From: a virus
Taxonomy: Duplodnaviria > Caudoviricetes
Reading direction: 5' to 3' (one strand)
IMG/VR virus record: IMGVR_UViG_3300030102_004787
Coordinates: 1 to 59,211 of that record
Length of the DNA stretch: 59,211 nt
The notes beneath the pieces are model-generated. The model searched no databases, was not told the DNA's origin, and worked only from the letters and a program-made list of their open reading frames with translations. Made by a program: the position numbers and the translations under genes. Shown in pieces: positions 1 through 10,206 of the stretch. The number at the start of each line of letters is the position of its first letter. Position 1 is the first letter of the stretch.

Positions 1-98
1 TTGGGAATGAAGCACAAAGGAGCTCACAAACAATCTATGAAAGACAGACGAGACGAGTCAAAGGGAATGGCTAAAAAAATGACAGGACACGCTTATTC
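1..98. repeat. Terminal direct repeat, copy 1 (circular assembly overlap)
   Basis: Bases 1-98 are identical to 59113-59210, and one ORF reads through the join. Confidence 0.97.
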
Positions 99-173
99 TG
101 GAGACCACTCGATGAAGGAGGATAAGCACTACCCTAAAAGTGTAAAAGGACATTTAGGAAAATTAATAAAAAA

Positions 174-329
174 ATGAGTAAAGTATCACTAATTATAGCG
201 CATCCTATTTTCAAATCAGCTTGTGCTGGTGCAATAGGAGCATTAATGGTTTTAGAGTCTCACCCTTTGTATGCTGGATTTGCATTCGGAGTTGGGGCAA
301 GAGAGTTTTTATTAGCATTCAAAAAATAA
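174..329 (+). CDS. Small hydrophobic hypothetical protein (51 aa)
   Basis: Manual translation MSKVSLIIAHPIFKSACAGAIGALMVL...; ATGA overlap with the upstream stop. Confidence 0.7.
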   Translation: MSKVSLIIAHPIFKSACAGAIGALMVLESHPLYAGFAFGVGAREFLLAFKK

Positions 330-333
330 AAAT

Positions 334-492
334 ATGAAACTAAAAGGACTCGGAGATGTTGTAAATTTAGCCACTACTGTTACAGGTGTAAAAGCTGGTG
401 TAAAGGCCGTTTCTGAAATGACGGGAAGACCTTGTGGTTGTGAAGAAAGACGAGATACTTTAAATCGAAAATACCCTTTTCAAAAAAAATAA
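334..492 (+). CDS. Small phage protein with GLGD and CGC motifs (52 aa)
   Basis: Manual translation MKLKGLGDVV...RPCGCEERRDTLNRKYPF; tightly packed with neighbours. Confidence 0.75.
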   Translation: MKLKGLGDVVNLATTVTGVKAGVKAVSEMTGRPCGCEERRDTLNRKYPFQKK

Positions 493-495
493 AAA

Positions 496-972
496 ATGGC
501 ATATCAAAAATTACAAACATCTAAAGCATTAAAAGTATTTGCTACGGATAACATCGATGGTTATCCTGATCCTTCTAGAGTTGCTACTTCGGGAACTAAT
601 TCTTCTGCAACTACCGATAAACTAGTTGATGCAGCAGCTTCTTTTTCAAGTACTGTTGAATCAGGATATATTGTAGAAAACAGCACTGACGGATCTTACG
701 CAATTGTGGAAGCAGTAGATAGCGACACTACACTTAGTTTAAGTCACGACATATTTGCGGCAGGTTCAAAAAGTTACATTATTTATAGCCAAGTAGCTAA
801 AGAACCTTGTATTATGTTTGTTGGTACTGGAGGAGATGTAAATCTAGTTACGGGTGGTGAAAACGAGGTTTTATTTAAAAACATAGCCAACGCTTCTTTT
901 TTACCTGTACAGACTAAAGTTGTAAAAGCTACAGGAACAGCTACTGCTGCGGACTTCATAGCTCTTTGGTAG
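496..972 (+). CDS. Putative virion structural protein
   Basis: 158 aa, beta-rich, in the late operon. Confidence 0.6.
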   Translation: MAYQKLQTSKALKVFATDNIDGYPDPSRVATSGTNSSATTDKLVDAAASFSSTVESGYIVENSTDGSYAIVEAVDSDTTLSLSHDIFAAGSKSYIIYSQVAKEPCIMFVGTGGDVNLVTGGENEVLFKNIANASFLPVQTKVVKATGTATAADFIALW

Positions 973-1707
973 ATGTTTACAACGATTGGTGTAGGCATAG
1001 GGACTATATTTAGGTCAGTAAAAGGTGATTCTGGTGGTGGTGCTTTTGAATATACTGCTATTGATAATAGTTTTTCAATGAAGTTCGATGGCAATGATGC
1101 CTTTTATGATACTGGATTTATACCTGAATTAAGTCAAGTAAGTAATTACACTATATCAATGTGGATAAATCCTGATTCAGTTCCATCAACAACTCAAGCT
1201 ATTTTCTCTTTTTACTCAAATTCAAACAATAGAATTGAAATGTATCCTGGAAGTGCTGGAACTATAACGTTTGTTAATAGTAGTGGAGGATTGTCGGCTA
1301 CAGCTGCTGCTTTTCCATCGCCAGCACCATCAAATGGTTGGTATCACGTAGCTTTAGTATATGATGGCACTTTTACAGATCCTGATCCTGTAGTACAAAA
1401 TCAAGGAAGAATAAAACCGTACATAAACGCAGTTTACACTCCGGCTGGTGTTTCAGGTACACAACAACAACAAACAGCTAATTTAACTGGCAAAAGAGCT
1501 ACGATAGGCGCTAGAAGCATTAATTACGGTACTCCAACATTAGACTTTAATGGACACATAGATGAAGTAGCTATATTTAGTAGCTCTCTTTCTTCTAATA
1601 CAATACAATCAATATATGATACTACAATAAATAATCCTGGTAAGGTAGCTGATTTAAGTGAAACACCTGAAGGCGCACCTGCAGCTTGGTATAGAATGGG
1701 AGATTAA
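973..1707 (+). CDS. LamG/concanavalin A-like domain protein (1 domain)
   Basis: Motifs FSMKFDG, TISMWI, WYHVALVYDG, FNGHIDEVAIF. Confidence 0.88.
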   Translation: MFTTIGVGIGTIFRSVKGDSGGGAFEYTAIDNSFSMKFDGNDAFYDTGFIPELSQVSNYTISMWINPDSVPSTTQAIFSFYSNSNNRIEMYPGSAGTITFVNSSGGLSATAAAFPSPAPSNGWYHVALVYDGTFTDPDPVVQNQGRIKPYINAVYTPAGVSGTQQQQTANLTGKRATIGARSINYGTPTLDFNGHIDEVAIFSSSLSSNTIQSIYDTTINNPGKVADLSETPEGAPAAWYRMGD

Positions 1708-1709
1708 TT

Positions 1710-4700
1710 ATGGGAACAAATTACATAGCACCGATATGGCGAATGCCAAGAAACTTTAACAAAGATAAGTTAAGTAATTATAGTATTGAATTTAGTGGAA
1801 GTGAATATATAGATTTAGGAACATCTGTTGATTTAGGTATTAATTCAACTATCTCTTTTTGGTTTAAAAGTAGTTCTGGTAATCCTAACAATACTATAAT
1901 AGGAGAAGATACTTACACTTTTGATTATTTATTGCAAATAGTGTCAGCAAGTAATGAAGCGAATATAAGAATAGGAAGCGTATTTAAAACATACACAGGT
2001 ATTACAGAAATAAATGATGGTAATTGGAATCATTGGATTATTGTAAGAAATGGTGATAGCTTAGAATTGTTTATTAATAACACATCAAAAGGCACAAAAA
2101 CTGGATATGGAACAGGAACAAATACAAAATTTAATAAAATAGGTGCTGAAGGAGATAATCAATTTCCAATATCTGGAGAAATTTCACAAGTATCAGTGTT
2201 TAATTATGCTTTAGATTTATCACAAATAAACTACCTATATAACTTAAATAACCCAATGGCTATATCAGGTGCAGAGCCTGTAGCATATTGGCCACTAGGT
2301 GACAACTCAAATCCAAATGCACCTGGTAGTTTCCCTAACATTTCAGTTGGCGCAGATAGTGTTTTTGAGTTTGATGGTTCTGTTAAGATTGCAAGTCTTG
2401 CAAATAGTGGATTTACAAATAATGATGCAAGGACTTTTTCAGCTTGGGTTAAAACTACAGATACAGGAAATTATAGGACTATAGTACAGGTTGGGCCAGA
2501 CAATAATAGTAATCAAAATTTTGAACTTGGTGCTTTTGGTGGGTTTTTACATTTTAGTTCTTGGTCTACTTATAATTTAACAGGAAATGTCTCTATAGCA
2601 GATGGTAATTGGCATTTTGTATGTATAACTTTTGATGGGTCAGTCATTAATGGATATGTTGATGGTGCTTCTGCTGGTCCTAATTTAACAAATGCTTCTG
2701 TAAGTTTAGCAACTACAAACACACCGTATTTTATTGGTGGTTCTGCTACAGGTAACAGTGTTAAATTTTTTAATGGTCAAATATCTAACGTTCAAATTTG
2801 GAACACAGAACTTTCATCTTCAGAAGTTACTACTCTTTATAATTCAGGAGTACCACTAACAGGCACACAACCACAAGCAAGTAACTTAAAAGCTTGGTAT
2901 AAGTTAGACCAATCAGCAAACTGGGAAGCAGATAGTTCAGGAGCTTGGCAGATACCTGATGCAGTTTCAGCATATCCACAGAGTTTTGATTTTGATGGGA
3001 GTAATGATTTTATAGATTTAGGAACCACTACTGATTATAATAATGGTGATTTAACTGCTGCTATTTGGGTTAATGCATCAAGCTCAAGGTCATCTACAGT
3101 TTATGCTTTTAGTAACTCTGGTTCTCCTTCAATTCCTGGTTTTGATATTAAAGTAAAAACTAATAATCAAGTACAAGTTAGTAGAGTTACAGATACTCAA
3201 AACACAGCAAGTGGTTGGTTAAGTATTGGATTTGTTGAAGATTCTTGGCAACATTTAGCATTTACATATAATGAGTCAACAAATTCTTTAAAACTATTTT
3301 TAAATGGAGTACTTAAAGATACATCTACAGATAGTCCACATACTCCAAAAACATCAACTGTAAAATTAACTATAGGTTCTTATAAGGGTATAAGTACTTT
3401 TTGGCAAGGCCAACTTTCAAATGCACAGATATGGAATACAACATTATCAGATTCACAAATAGAAACACTTTACAACAACGGAGTACCTTTAACAACTGCT
3501 ATAGCTTCTGATAACTTAAAAGCGTGGTATAAACTTGATAACACAGCTACATTCTCAACTAATTGGGTAGTTGAAAATTCTGCAATAACACCAAATTTTA
3601 ATAAAGCTATTGATTTTGTTTCAAGTAGTACTCAATATATAGATTTAACAAACACAGGGTTTCCAACAGGCAACGCATCAAGAACAATATCAGCTTGGAT
3701 AAAATCAGATTCAACTGGTCAAAATAACGAACAGGGTATTTTAAGATATGGTACTACAGCTACAAGACAATTATTTATGATGTCTTTAGCAGCTTCAAGT
3801 GGACAATTAAGAGTAGCTACTTATGCTGATGACTTTACATATTCAACTGCTGATTTAAGAGATGACGCTTGGCATCACGTAGCTTTAACTTATGATGGTA
3901 CATCAATAAAGGGTTATGTAGATGGAAGCTATGTTGGTGTAGAAACAAATACTTTAGTAAATACAACTGCTAATTCGCCAGCTATTGGTAATTGGAATGG
4001 CGCAGGATTCACTTTTAATGGTGCTATTTCTAATGTGCTTTTATATACTGAATCTTTAACAGATGCAAATATTCTTACTCTTTATAATAATGGAACACCA
4101 CAAACTACACCATATGGCTCACCTTTTGGCTGGTGGAAACTTGATAATTTAGTAACTGGTATTCAGGATTCAGGTAGCGGTGGAAATAACGGAACATTAG
4201 TCAATAGTCCATTATTAATATCTACAGACGTTAAAGCTGGTAGTGGTATAAGTTCAGGTATGACAGAGCAGAACCTTGTTAATAACAATGTTTCTGTACT
4301 AAACGGTGAAAGCGTAGGTATGAACACTACTAATCTAGTTCAAAGTAATTTAACTAGAACACAACCATATAGTAGCTATAGTTTTAATTTTGACGCAGCT
4401 CAATCTGATTATTTTGATTGTGGTAACATATTAAATACAACAATTGCAGGTTCTTTTTCTGTTTCAGCTTGGATGAAATCAAGTAACCAAAATAATTATG
4501 CAGTAGCATTAAGTAAAAATAATGGCAGCAATGGTTTTAGTATGCAAATGCGAAAAGTAGGCAATAAATTTGCATTTAACTTAAATGACGGTTCTTGGAG
4601 TGCTGCTGAGTTTACTGTATCACAAATTGATAATGATGAGTGGTATCACGTGGTTGGCACTTTTGATGGTTCTACTATAAAAATATATGTTAATGGAGCA

Positions 4701-5192
4701 TCTGGAACAAGCAACAGTTCTAGCACGCCAATATCAACTTCAGCAAGTTTTTTCATCGGAAAAGAAACAAATGGAAATAATTTTAATGGTCAAATAAGCA
4801 ACGTATCAATATTCAATGAAGATCTAAGTCAAGATGATGTATTAAATTTATATAACAATGGCGTACCTCAAAACTTAAATAACTTTAGAATAACTCCAAT
4901 AGCTTGGTGGCCAATGGATGAACATAGCTCTTACTATGATGGAACGGATTGGGTTGTGAGGGATCTTATAAATGGAAATGATGGTGACGGTGCTAACACA
5001 GGTAACGTAGATGATCTCGTAGGAAGTGCACCTGGTTCAGAAGCTAGTGGAACTGGAACTAATTTAACTATCGCAGATTTAAAAGGTAATATGAGTAATA
5101 GTGATAAAAACGCATATAGTATTAATATGGCTGATTACGCTGATGGGGTAACTAATCCAGCAAACTCAGGACGTTCTACAAATGTCCCTTAA
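1710..5192 (+). CDS. Multi-LamG virion/adhesion protein (5 domains)
   Basis: Five repeats of FxFDG...SxW...WxHxxxxxDG...FxGxISNVxxW. Confidence 0.9.
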   Translation: MGTNYIAPIWRMPRNFNKDKLSNYSIEFSGSEYIDLGTSVDLGINSTISFWFKSSSGNPNNTIIGEDTYTFDYLLQIVSASNEANIRIGSVFKTYTGITEINDGNWNHWIIVRNGDSLELFINNTSKGTKTGYGTGTNTKFNKIGAEGDNQFPISGEISQVSVFNYALDLSQINYLYNLNNPMAISGAEPVAYWPLGDNSNPNAPGSFPNISVGADSVFEFDGSVKIASLANSGFTNNDARTFSAWVKTTDTGNYRTIVQVGPDNNSNQNFELGAFGGFLHFSSWSTYNLTGNVSIADGNWHFVCITFDGSVINGYVDGASAGPNLTNASVSLATTNTPYFIGGSATGNSVKFFNGQISNVQIWNTELSSSEVTTLYNSGVPLTGTQPQASNLKAWYKLDQSANWEADSSGAWQIPDAVSAYPQSFDFDGSNDFIDLGTTTDYNNGDLTAAIWVNASSSRSSTVYAFSNSGSPSIPGFDIKVKTNNQVQVSRVTDTQNTASGWLSIGFVEDSWQHLAFTYNESTNSLKLFLNGVLKDTSTDSPHTPKTSTVKLTIGSYKGISTFWQGQLSNAQIWNTTLSDSQIETLYNNGVPLTTAIASDNLKAWYKLDNTATFSTNWVVENSAITPNFNKAIDFVSSSTQYIDLTNTGFPTGNASRTISAWIKSDSTGQNNEQGILRYGTTATRQLFMMSLAASSGQLRVATYADDFTYSTADLRDDAWHHVALTYDGTSIKGYVDGSYVGVETNTLVNTTANSPAIGNWNGAGFTFNGAISNVLLYTESLTDANILTLYNNGTPQTTPYGSPFGWWKLDNLVTGIQDSGSGGNNGTLVNSPLLISTDVKAGSGISSGMTEQNLVNNNVSVLNGESVGMNTTNLVQSNLTRTQPYSSYSFNFDAAQSDYFDCGNILNTTIAGSFSVSAWMKSSNQNNYAVALSKNNGSNGFSMQMRKVGNKFAFNLNDGSWSAAEFTVSQIDNDEWYHVVGTFDGSTIKIYVNGASGTSNSSSTPISTSASFFIGKETNGNNFNGQISNVSIFNEDLSQDDVLNLYNNGVPQNLNNFRITPIAWWPMDEHSSYYDGTDWVVRDLINGNDGDGANTGNVDDLVGSAPGSEASGTGTNLTIADLKGNMSNSDKNAYSINMADYADGVTNPANSGRSTNVP
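2891..3000 (+). repeat. LamG connector repeat A, copy 1 (copy 2 at 8065-8174)
   Basis: 110 bp, about 6 mismatches by manual alignment. Confidence 0.9.
3454..3566 (+). repeat. LamG connector repeat B, copy 1 (copy 2 at 8616-8728)
   Basis: 113 bp, about 9 mismatches by manual alignment. Confidence 0.9.
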
Positions 5193-5198
5193 TTTTAT

Positions 5199-5206
5199 TA
5201 AATTTG
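5199..5206 (+). promoter_or_regulatory. Bacteroidota-type -7 promoter element
   Basis: TAAATTTG matches TAnnTTTG, intergenic just before ATG 5221. Confidence 0.6.
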
Positions 5207-5220
5207 TAAAAAACTAAATA

Positions 5221-5469
5221 ATGGCAACAACATACATAGTAATAGATATTCAAACGCAGACTTCTTTAGTTGATTTTAGTCAGATCAATACAACAAGTTC
5301 ACAAACTATGAGACGAAATTTAGCTAACTCTCAAAGTATGCTTTCGTATCAAGTAGAACCTAGCTTTATAACCAACGGAACTTTAGTTCCTGTATCGACT
5401 CTTAATCACGAAGAGGCAATTGCGTTATTGGCTACTCCAGAGTGGACATCTCCAGAACCAGAAGAATAA
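5221..5469 (+). CDS. Hypothetical protein associated with the LamG genes
   Basis: 82 aa ORF with its own promoter-like motif. Confidence 0.7.
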   Translation: MATTYIVIDIQTQTSLVDFSQINTTSSQTMRRNLANSQSMLSYQVEPSFITNGTLVPVSTLNHEEAIALLATPEWTSPEPEE

Positions 5470-5481
5470 AAAAATAATACA

Positions 5482-5889
5482 ATGGCAACAATACCAACAG
5501 GAACAAAGTTTCAAGGCATTCCTACAACGAATGATGATCTCAATAGAAGATCTGCGCAATCAAATGCAACTGCTCCAGTATATACTATTTCAGATATCAG
5601 AGCATCGGTTGAGCCTGCTGTTCAAGCTACGGGAACTGAAATTAGCTTTACGAAAACTGAAATTTACAATACTTCATCAGCACCTGCAACAGGAAACATT
5701 ACAAATGATTTAACTGGTGCTCAATTAGGAATAGTTCAAAAGATTTATCACAACGCAGGAACATCTCCTACTGTACCAGCAGGATGGGTTTTAATAGGAA
5801 GTGGAACATATACCACATCAGCTTTAAATCTCATTTTTGCAGAATGGGCAGGTGGAACTAGAGTAGAGTATTGGATAGTATCAACATAA
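5482..5889 (+). CDS. Putative virion protein; N-terminus paralogous to 55730..56770
   Basis: IPTGTKFQGIP...NDDLNxRS.Q.NATAP.Y.IS is shared with that ORF. Confidence 0.75.
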   Translation: MATIPTGTKFQGIPTTNDDLNRRSAQSNATAPVYTISDIRASVEPAVQATGTEISFTKTEIYNTSSAPATGNITNDLTGAQLGIVQKIYHNAGTSPTVPAGWVLIGSGTYTTSALNLIFAEWAGGTRVEYWIVST

Positions 5890-5899
5890 TTTTTACGAT

Positions 5900-6814
5900 A
5901 TGTCCAGACACTACCACAGCCTTTTAAATGTTTTAACTTCGGCTGCATTTAGTTATGCTAAGAACTCTTATCATCAAGATGAAGCTGATCCTACTCCTAC
6001 GATCACAGGAACTCCAGGGGGCACATTTTCAGCTACTCCTAGCGGTTTAAGTATTAACACTTCTACAGGTACTATTGATCTTGATAATTCTACTATTCAA
6101 TCTTATACTATTACTTATACCGTTAGTGGTGTTAGTGCTAATTTTAGTTTAAGTGTAACTGCTTCTCCATTTATTGCTAATAACTTTAGTATGGATTTTG
6201 ATTCTGCAAGTTCACAGTATGTTGATTCAGATAAAGCTTTAGCAAGTTTAGGTAATAGTTATACAGGTGAATTAACATTTAGTGCTTGGGTAAAATTTGA
6301 TTCTGCTGGCAATAACGGTATTTTATCAGTAACAAGATTTGCAAACACCACTGGACAGATTGGTTTAGTTGCATTCACTAACAAAGTAAGATTTTTTATA
6401 AATGGTTATACTTGGTACAAGGAAGCAACTAATATAACTACAACAAGTTCTAATTGGTATCATTTGGCTTTTTCTGTGGTTCTTGGAGATGCTACAAATA
6501 CAAAAATATATGTTAACGGTCAAGAGCAAGCATCTGGAACTGGTGTGGGAACGATACCTACTTCTATTAATTTAGACACACACAATGGATTTGACGTTAA
6601 GACTATTATTGGAGGTTACTTTTCGCCAGTTTTTACACATAATGGCAAGATAGACGAGGTAGCCATTTGGAACGCAGCACTATCTTCAGATGCAGTTACA
6701 GAGATTTACAACGCTACAGCAAACAACACAGGCAAGGTATTAGATTTAAACACAGATTCAGGAAATTATACATCCAGTGCAAACTTACAATACTGGAACA
6801 GATTAGGAGATTAA
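5900..6814 (+). CDS. Ig-like plus LamG domain protein
   Basis: PTPTITGTPGGTFS...GLSINTSTGTID...YTITYT module followed by LamG motifs; ends WNRLGD. Confidence 0.85.
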   Translation: MSRHYHSLLNVLTSAAFSYAKNSYHQDEADPTPTITGTPGGTFSATPSGLSINTSTGTIDLDNSTIQSYTITYTVSGVSANFSLSVTASPFIANNFSMDFDSASSQYVDSDKALASLGNSYTGELTFSAWVKFDSAGNNGILSVTRFANTTGQIGLVAFTNKVRFFINGYTWYKEATNITTTSSNWYHLAFSVVLGDATNTKIYVNGQEQASGTGVGTIPTSINLDTHNGFDVKTIIGGYFSPVFTHNGKIDEVAIWNAALSSDAVTEIYNATANNTGKVLDLNTDSGNYTSSANLQYWNRLGD

Positions 6815-6817
6815 ATT

Positions 6818-9733
6818 ATGAGTACAAAATACATAGCATCAAACTGGAGATTACCAAACAAAGCAGGAGTAGATTCTTATTTAAATGATAATTATGGGTT
6901 GTTTTTTGATATTGGTCAGTACATTGACATAGCAGCTTCAACAGTTTTTGATTTTAACACAAATAATTTTTCTGTATCTTGTTGGGTAAAAAAAGGTGCA
7001 AGTTCATCAGGTAATTATCAGCCAATTTTTGATTTTGGAGGTTATTCACAAAGTCCATATAATCAAGGAACAAATATTTATTCTAATAATTCAAACCAAA
7101 TACACATTTATAATAGAGGAAGCAGTCCAAGTAATTGGTTAACAAGTATTACAACTTCAACAGGTTGGAATAATATTGTTGTGGTTAGAAATGGAGATAA
7201 TTTAACTGTTTACATAAATAATTCAACAGAGCAAGTAAATCAAACCTTTACAGGTGTTTCAAGTATTAATTTTGGCGGTACTGCAATTAGTAGAATAGGA
7301 GGGTCTAATTCTTGGCAAGGAGATATTTCAGAAGTATCAGTTTTTGACTATGCTTTAAGTTCTACACAAATAAGCACTTTATATGGTAGCAGTTCATTAG
7401 GTGCTGGGAATCCTATGGCTTTAAAACCTGCTCCTGTCGCATATTATAATCTTGCTGATAATAGTTCAGGAGATCCAATTACACAACCAAATGAAGCGGT
7501 AGAAGATGCAAGTGTTTTTGATTTTGATGGTATTTCACAATTTATAAATGCGGGCAATACTACCTATTTAAATGGAGTTACAGAAATGACATTATCTATA
7601 TGGTTCAATTTAGATGTAGCAGCACAAAATAAAGGTCTTATATCAGATAGACAAAGTACTGGGGGTAATGGACATTTTTCAATAGCTACTAAAGGTATTT
7701 CTGGTAATGGTTATAGTTTTAGGTTATATCTTTCTAGGTCTGATGGGGTAGAAGCATCAATCCAAATATCAAATCAACCTTTTACAGCAGGTCAATGGCA
7801 TAATTTGATAATGACTTTTAATGCAGGAACAGTTATATTTTATGCAGATGGTAGTCTTGCTCCTTCTGCAATTTATAGAGCTAATAATGGTATCCCTTCA
7901 ACTCTAGGTAGTACTGCTGAATCTTTAGATATTGGAAAGTATTTGACACTTGAGTGGGATGGTTTAATTACCAACGTAGCACTATGGAACAGTGACCAAA
8001 CTTCAGAAATATCAAACATATATAATTCAGGAGTACCAGCTACATCATACACAAACACACCAACAGCTTGGTATAAGTTAGACCAATCAGCAAACTGGGA
8101 AGCAGATAGTACAGGAGCTTGGCAAATACCAGATGCAGTTTCAGCATATCCACAAAGTTTTAGTTTTGATGGGAATAATGATTTTGTTGAATTATCATCT
8201 CCTTTAAATTTAACTAATAAAAGTTTTAGTCTTGAAACTTGGATAAAATGGGATGGAGCAGCCTCAAGAAGATCTCTTTTCGGTCATTTAGAAGCGAACG
8301 CTACAAAGAAAAATATTCACTGGAGAATATACCCTAATGGTATGTTAAGGTTTGATTTTTATAACAGCTCTATAGATTCATCTGTTGGAGCTATTGAAGC
8401 AGACACTTGGAATCATTTATCTATTACTTATGATTATGATACAAGTACTTGCATATGTTATAAAAATGGACAAGAATTAATGCAGGGAACAATAGGCCCC
8501 TACATTGGTAGTGTATCTAATAGCAGCACTTTTTTAGGTTGTATGAATAATGGTATTGAAGCTTTTCCTGGAAAAATGTCTTCGTTTAGACAATATGATG
8601 TAGTTCTTTCATCTACACAAGTAGAAACACTATACAACAACGGAACTCCCCTAACAACTGCTATAGCTTCTGATAACTTGAAAGCGTGGTATAAACTTGA
8701 CAACACAGCTACATTCTCAACTAATTGGAGTATTCCAGATGCTTCAGGAAATGGCAACACAGGAACAAGTTCAGGAATGACAGAACAAAATCTTGTTAAT
8801 AATAATGTTTCTGCATTAAATGGTGAGAGTTCAGGAATGACTTCAGCTAATTTAGTTTTAACTGATCTAACGAGAAACCTACCTTTTGATAGTTACAGTT
8901 TTAATTTTGATTCAGCAAGTAGTGATTATATTGATTTGGGCAATAACGCAAATTTATATCCAGCTACAAGTGATATGAGTTATTCATTTTGGTTTAAGTT
9001 TGTTACTGGTTCAAGTTATAGGACTATTTTTGGACAAGGAGCAACAGATATAAATGCTTTAAGCACAGGTAATAAAGCTATTTTTATTACAGTATTTGGT
9101 GATGAATTAAGAGTTTTTGTAGCATTTGGTCAAAGTGGTTCTTGGGCTATTGATAATGGTGGAGCATTTAACACAAGTAATGCTAACTTTGTTAATAATG
9201 AATGGTATCATATAGTTTTTACATTTGACAGAGATGGAGATGGAATAATTTATGTAAATGGTTTTCCTAATGTTACACAAGCAGTTAATGGTTCTTCTAC
9301 AAGTGTAGATATTACTTCAACAGATATAACAACAATAGCAAGTCCAACACTTGGCTATAATTCACAAATAAGCAACGTATCAATATTTGACGAAGCCCTA
9401 ACATCTACAGAGGTTATGAAGCTGTATTCAAATGGTATGCCTCAAGATTTAAGTAGTTTTACACCAGCACCTGTAGCTTGGTGGCCATTAGGTTCAAACA
9501 GCTTTTGGAATGGTAGTCAATGGACGGTTAGAGATATGATTGGCTCAAATGATGGAACAGGTGTTAATCTTGGACAGGATGCACTTGTAGGAGACAGCCC
9601 CAGAAGTGAAGCAAATGGAACAGGCACAAATATGGACATACCTACAAATTTAGAAGGAAGCACAAAATGGAGTGAAAACAATAGCTGGAGTATTAATATG
9701 AGCGAAAGCGCAAGAGTAGCAGATACACCATAA
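6818..9733 (+). CDS. Multi-LamG virion/adhesion protein (4 domains), paralog of 1710..5192
   Basis: Repeated LamG motifs; shared N-terminus, linkers and C-terminus. Confidence 0.9.
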   Translation: MSTKYIASNWRLPNKAGVDSYLNDNYGLFFDIGQYIDIAASTVFDFNTNNFSVSCWVKKGASSSGNYQPIFDFGGYSQSPYNQGTNIYSNNSNQIHIYNRGSSPSNWLTSITTSTGWNNIVVVRNGDNLTVYINNSTEQVNQTFTGVSSINFGGTAISRIGGSNSWQGDISEVSVFDYALSSTQISTLYGSSSLGAGNPMALKPAPVAYYNLADNSSGDPITQPNEAVEDASVFDFDGISQFINAGNTTYLNGVTEMTLSIWFNLDVAAQNKGLISDRQSTGGNGHFSIATKGISGNGYSFRLYLSRSDGVEASIQISNQPFTAGQWHNLIMTFNAGTVIFYADGSLAPSAIYRANNGIPSTLGSTAESLDIGKYLTLEWDGLITNVALWNSDQTSEISNIYNSGVPATSYTNTPTAWYKLDQSANWEADSTGAWQIPDAVSAYPQSFSFDGNNDFVELSSPLNLTNKSFSLETWIKWDGAASRRSLFGHLEANATKKNIHWRIYPNGMLRFDFYNSSIDSSVGAIEADTWNHLSITYDYDTSTCICYKNGQELMQGTIGPYIGSVSNSSTFLGCMNNGIEAFPGKMSSFRQYDVVLSSTQVETLYNNGTPLTTAIASDNLKAWYKLDNTATFSTNWSIPDASGNGNTGTSSGMTEQNLVNNNVSALNGESSGMTSANLVLTDLTRNLPFDSYSFNFDSASSDYIDLGNNANLYPATSDMSYSFWFKFVTGSSYRTIFGQGATDINALSTGNKAIFITVFGDELRVFVAFGQSGSWAIDNGGAFNTSNANFVNNEWYHIVFTFDRDGDGIIYVNGFPNVTQAVNGSSTSVDITSTDITTIASPTLGYNSQISNVSIFDEALTSTEVMKLYSNGMPQDLSSFTPAPVAWWPLGSNSFWNGSQWTVRDMIGSNDGTGVNLGQDALVGDSPRSEANGTGTNMDIPTNLEGSTKWSENNSWSINMSESARVADTP
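8065..8174 (+). repeat. LamG connector repeat A, copy 2
   Basis: Matches 2891-3000. Confidence 0.9.
8616..8728 (+). repeat. LamG connector repeat B, copy 2
   Basis: Matches 3454-3566. Confidence 0.9.
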
Positions 9734-10206
9734 TGAAACTATCTAAAAACCTATCGCTAAAAGAAATGACTAAGAGCAGAACTGCTTTGCGAAGAGGTAT
9801 AGATAATAGTCCAACGCCAGAGCATATTGAGAATATGAAGGCCCTAGCAGAAAACATTTTTCAGCCAATTAGAGATCACTTTGAAGTTCCTATATATATT
9901 TCTTCTGGATATAGATCTGAAGCTCTTAATAAAGCTATAGGAGGTAGTAAAACATCTCAACATAGCAAAGGACAGGCTATAGATCTAGACAGAGACGCTC
10001 ACTCTCAGCCACATAACTCAGATTTGTTTATCTTTGTAAAAGATAATTTGGATTTTGATCAAATGATTTGGGAATTTGGAACGGATGAGAATCCTGACTG
10101 GGTTCACATTTCTTATAATCCAGTTGGAAAACAAAGAAACCAATTGCTTGTTGCTTACAAAGACAGTAACAACAGAACACGTTACAAACAATGGAAGAAA
10201 AAATAA
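9733..10206 (+). CDS. Endolysin, peptidase M15A family
   Basis: SSGYRS, SQHSKGQAID (HxxxxxxD) and WVHIS zinc-ligand motifs. Confidence 0.9.
   Translation: MKLSKNLSLKEMTKSRTALRRGIDNSPTPEHIENMKALAENIFQPIRDHFEVPIYISSGYRSEALNKAIGGSKTSQHSKGQAIDLDRDAHSQPHNSDLFIFVKDNLDFDQMIWEFGTDENPDWVHISYNPVGKQRNQLLVAYKDSNNRTRYKQWKKK

Noticed and set aside
1-98. Terminal repeat as a biological DTR
   Set aside because: It falls mid-ORF and has a k-mer-like length, so it is more likely an assembly overlap.
6812-6820. Readthrough fusion of the short and long LamG genes
   Set aside because: It is in frame only in the second pair; the paralogous junction at 1705-1712 is out of frame.
2891-8728. Diversity-generating retroelement (TR/VR pairs) in the LamG genes or at 48.5-48.8 kb
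   Set aside because: No reverse transcriptase was recognised, the differences are not confined to adenines, and both copies are coding.
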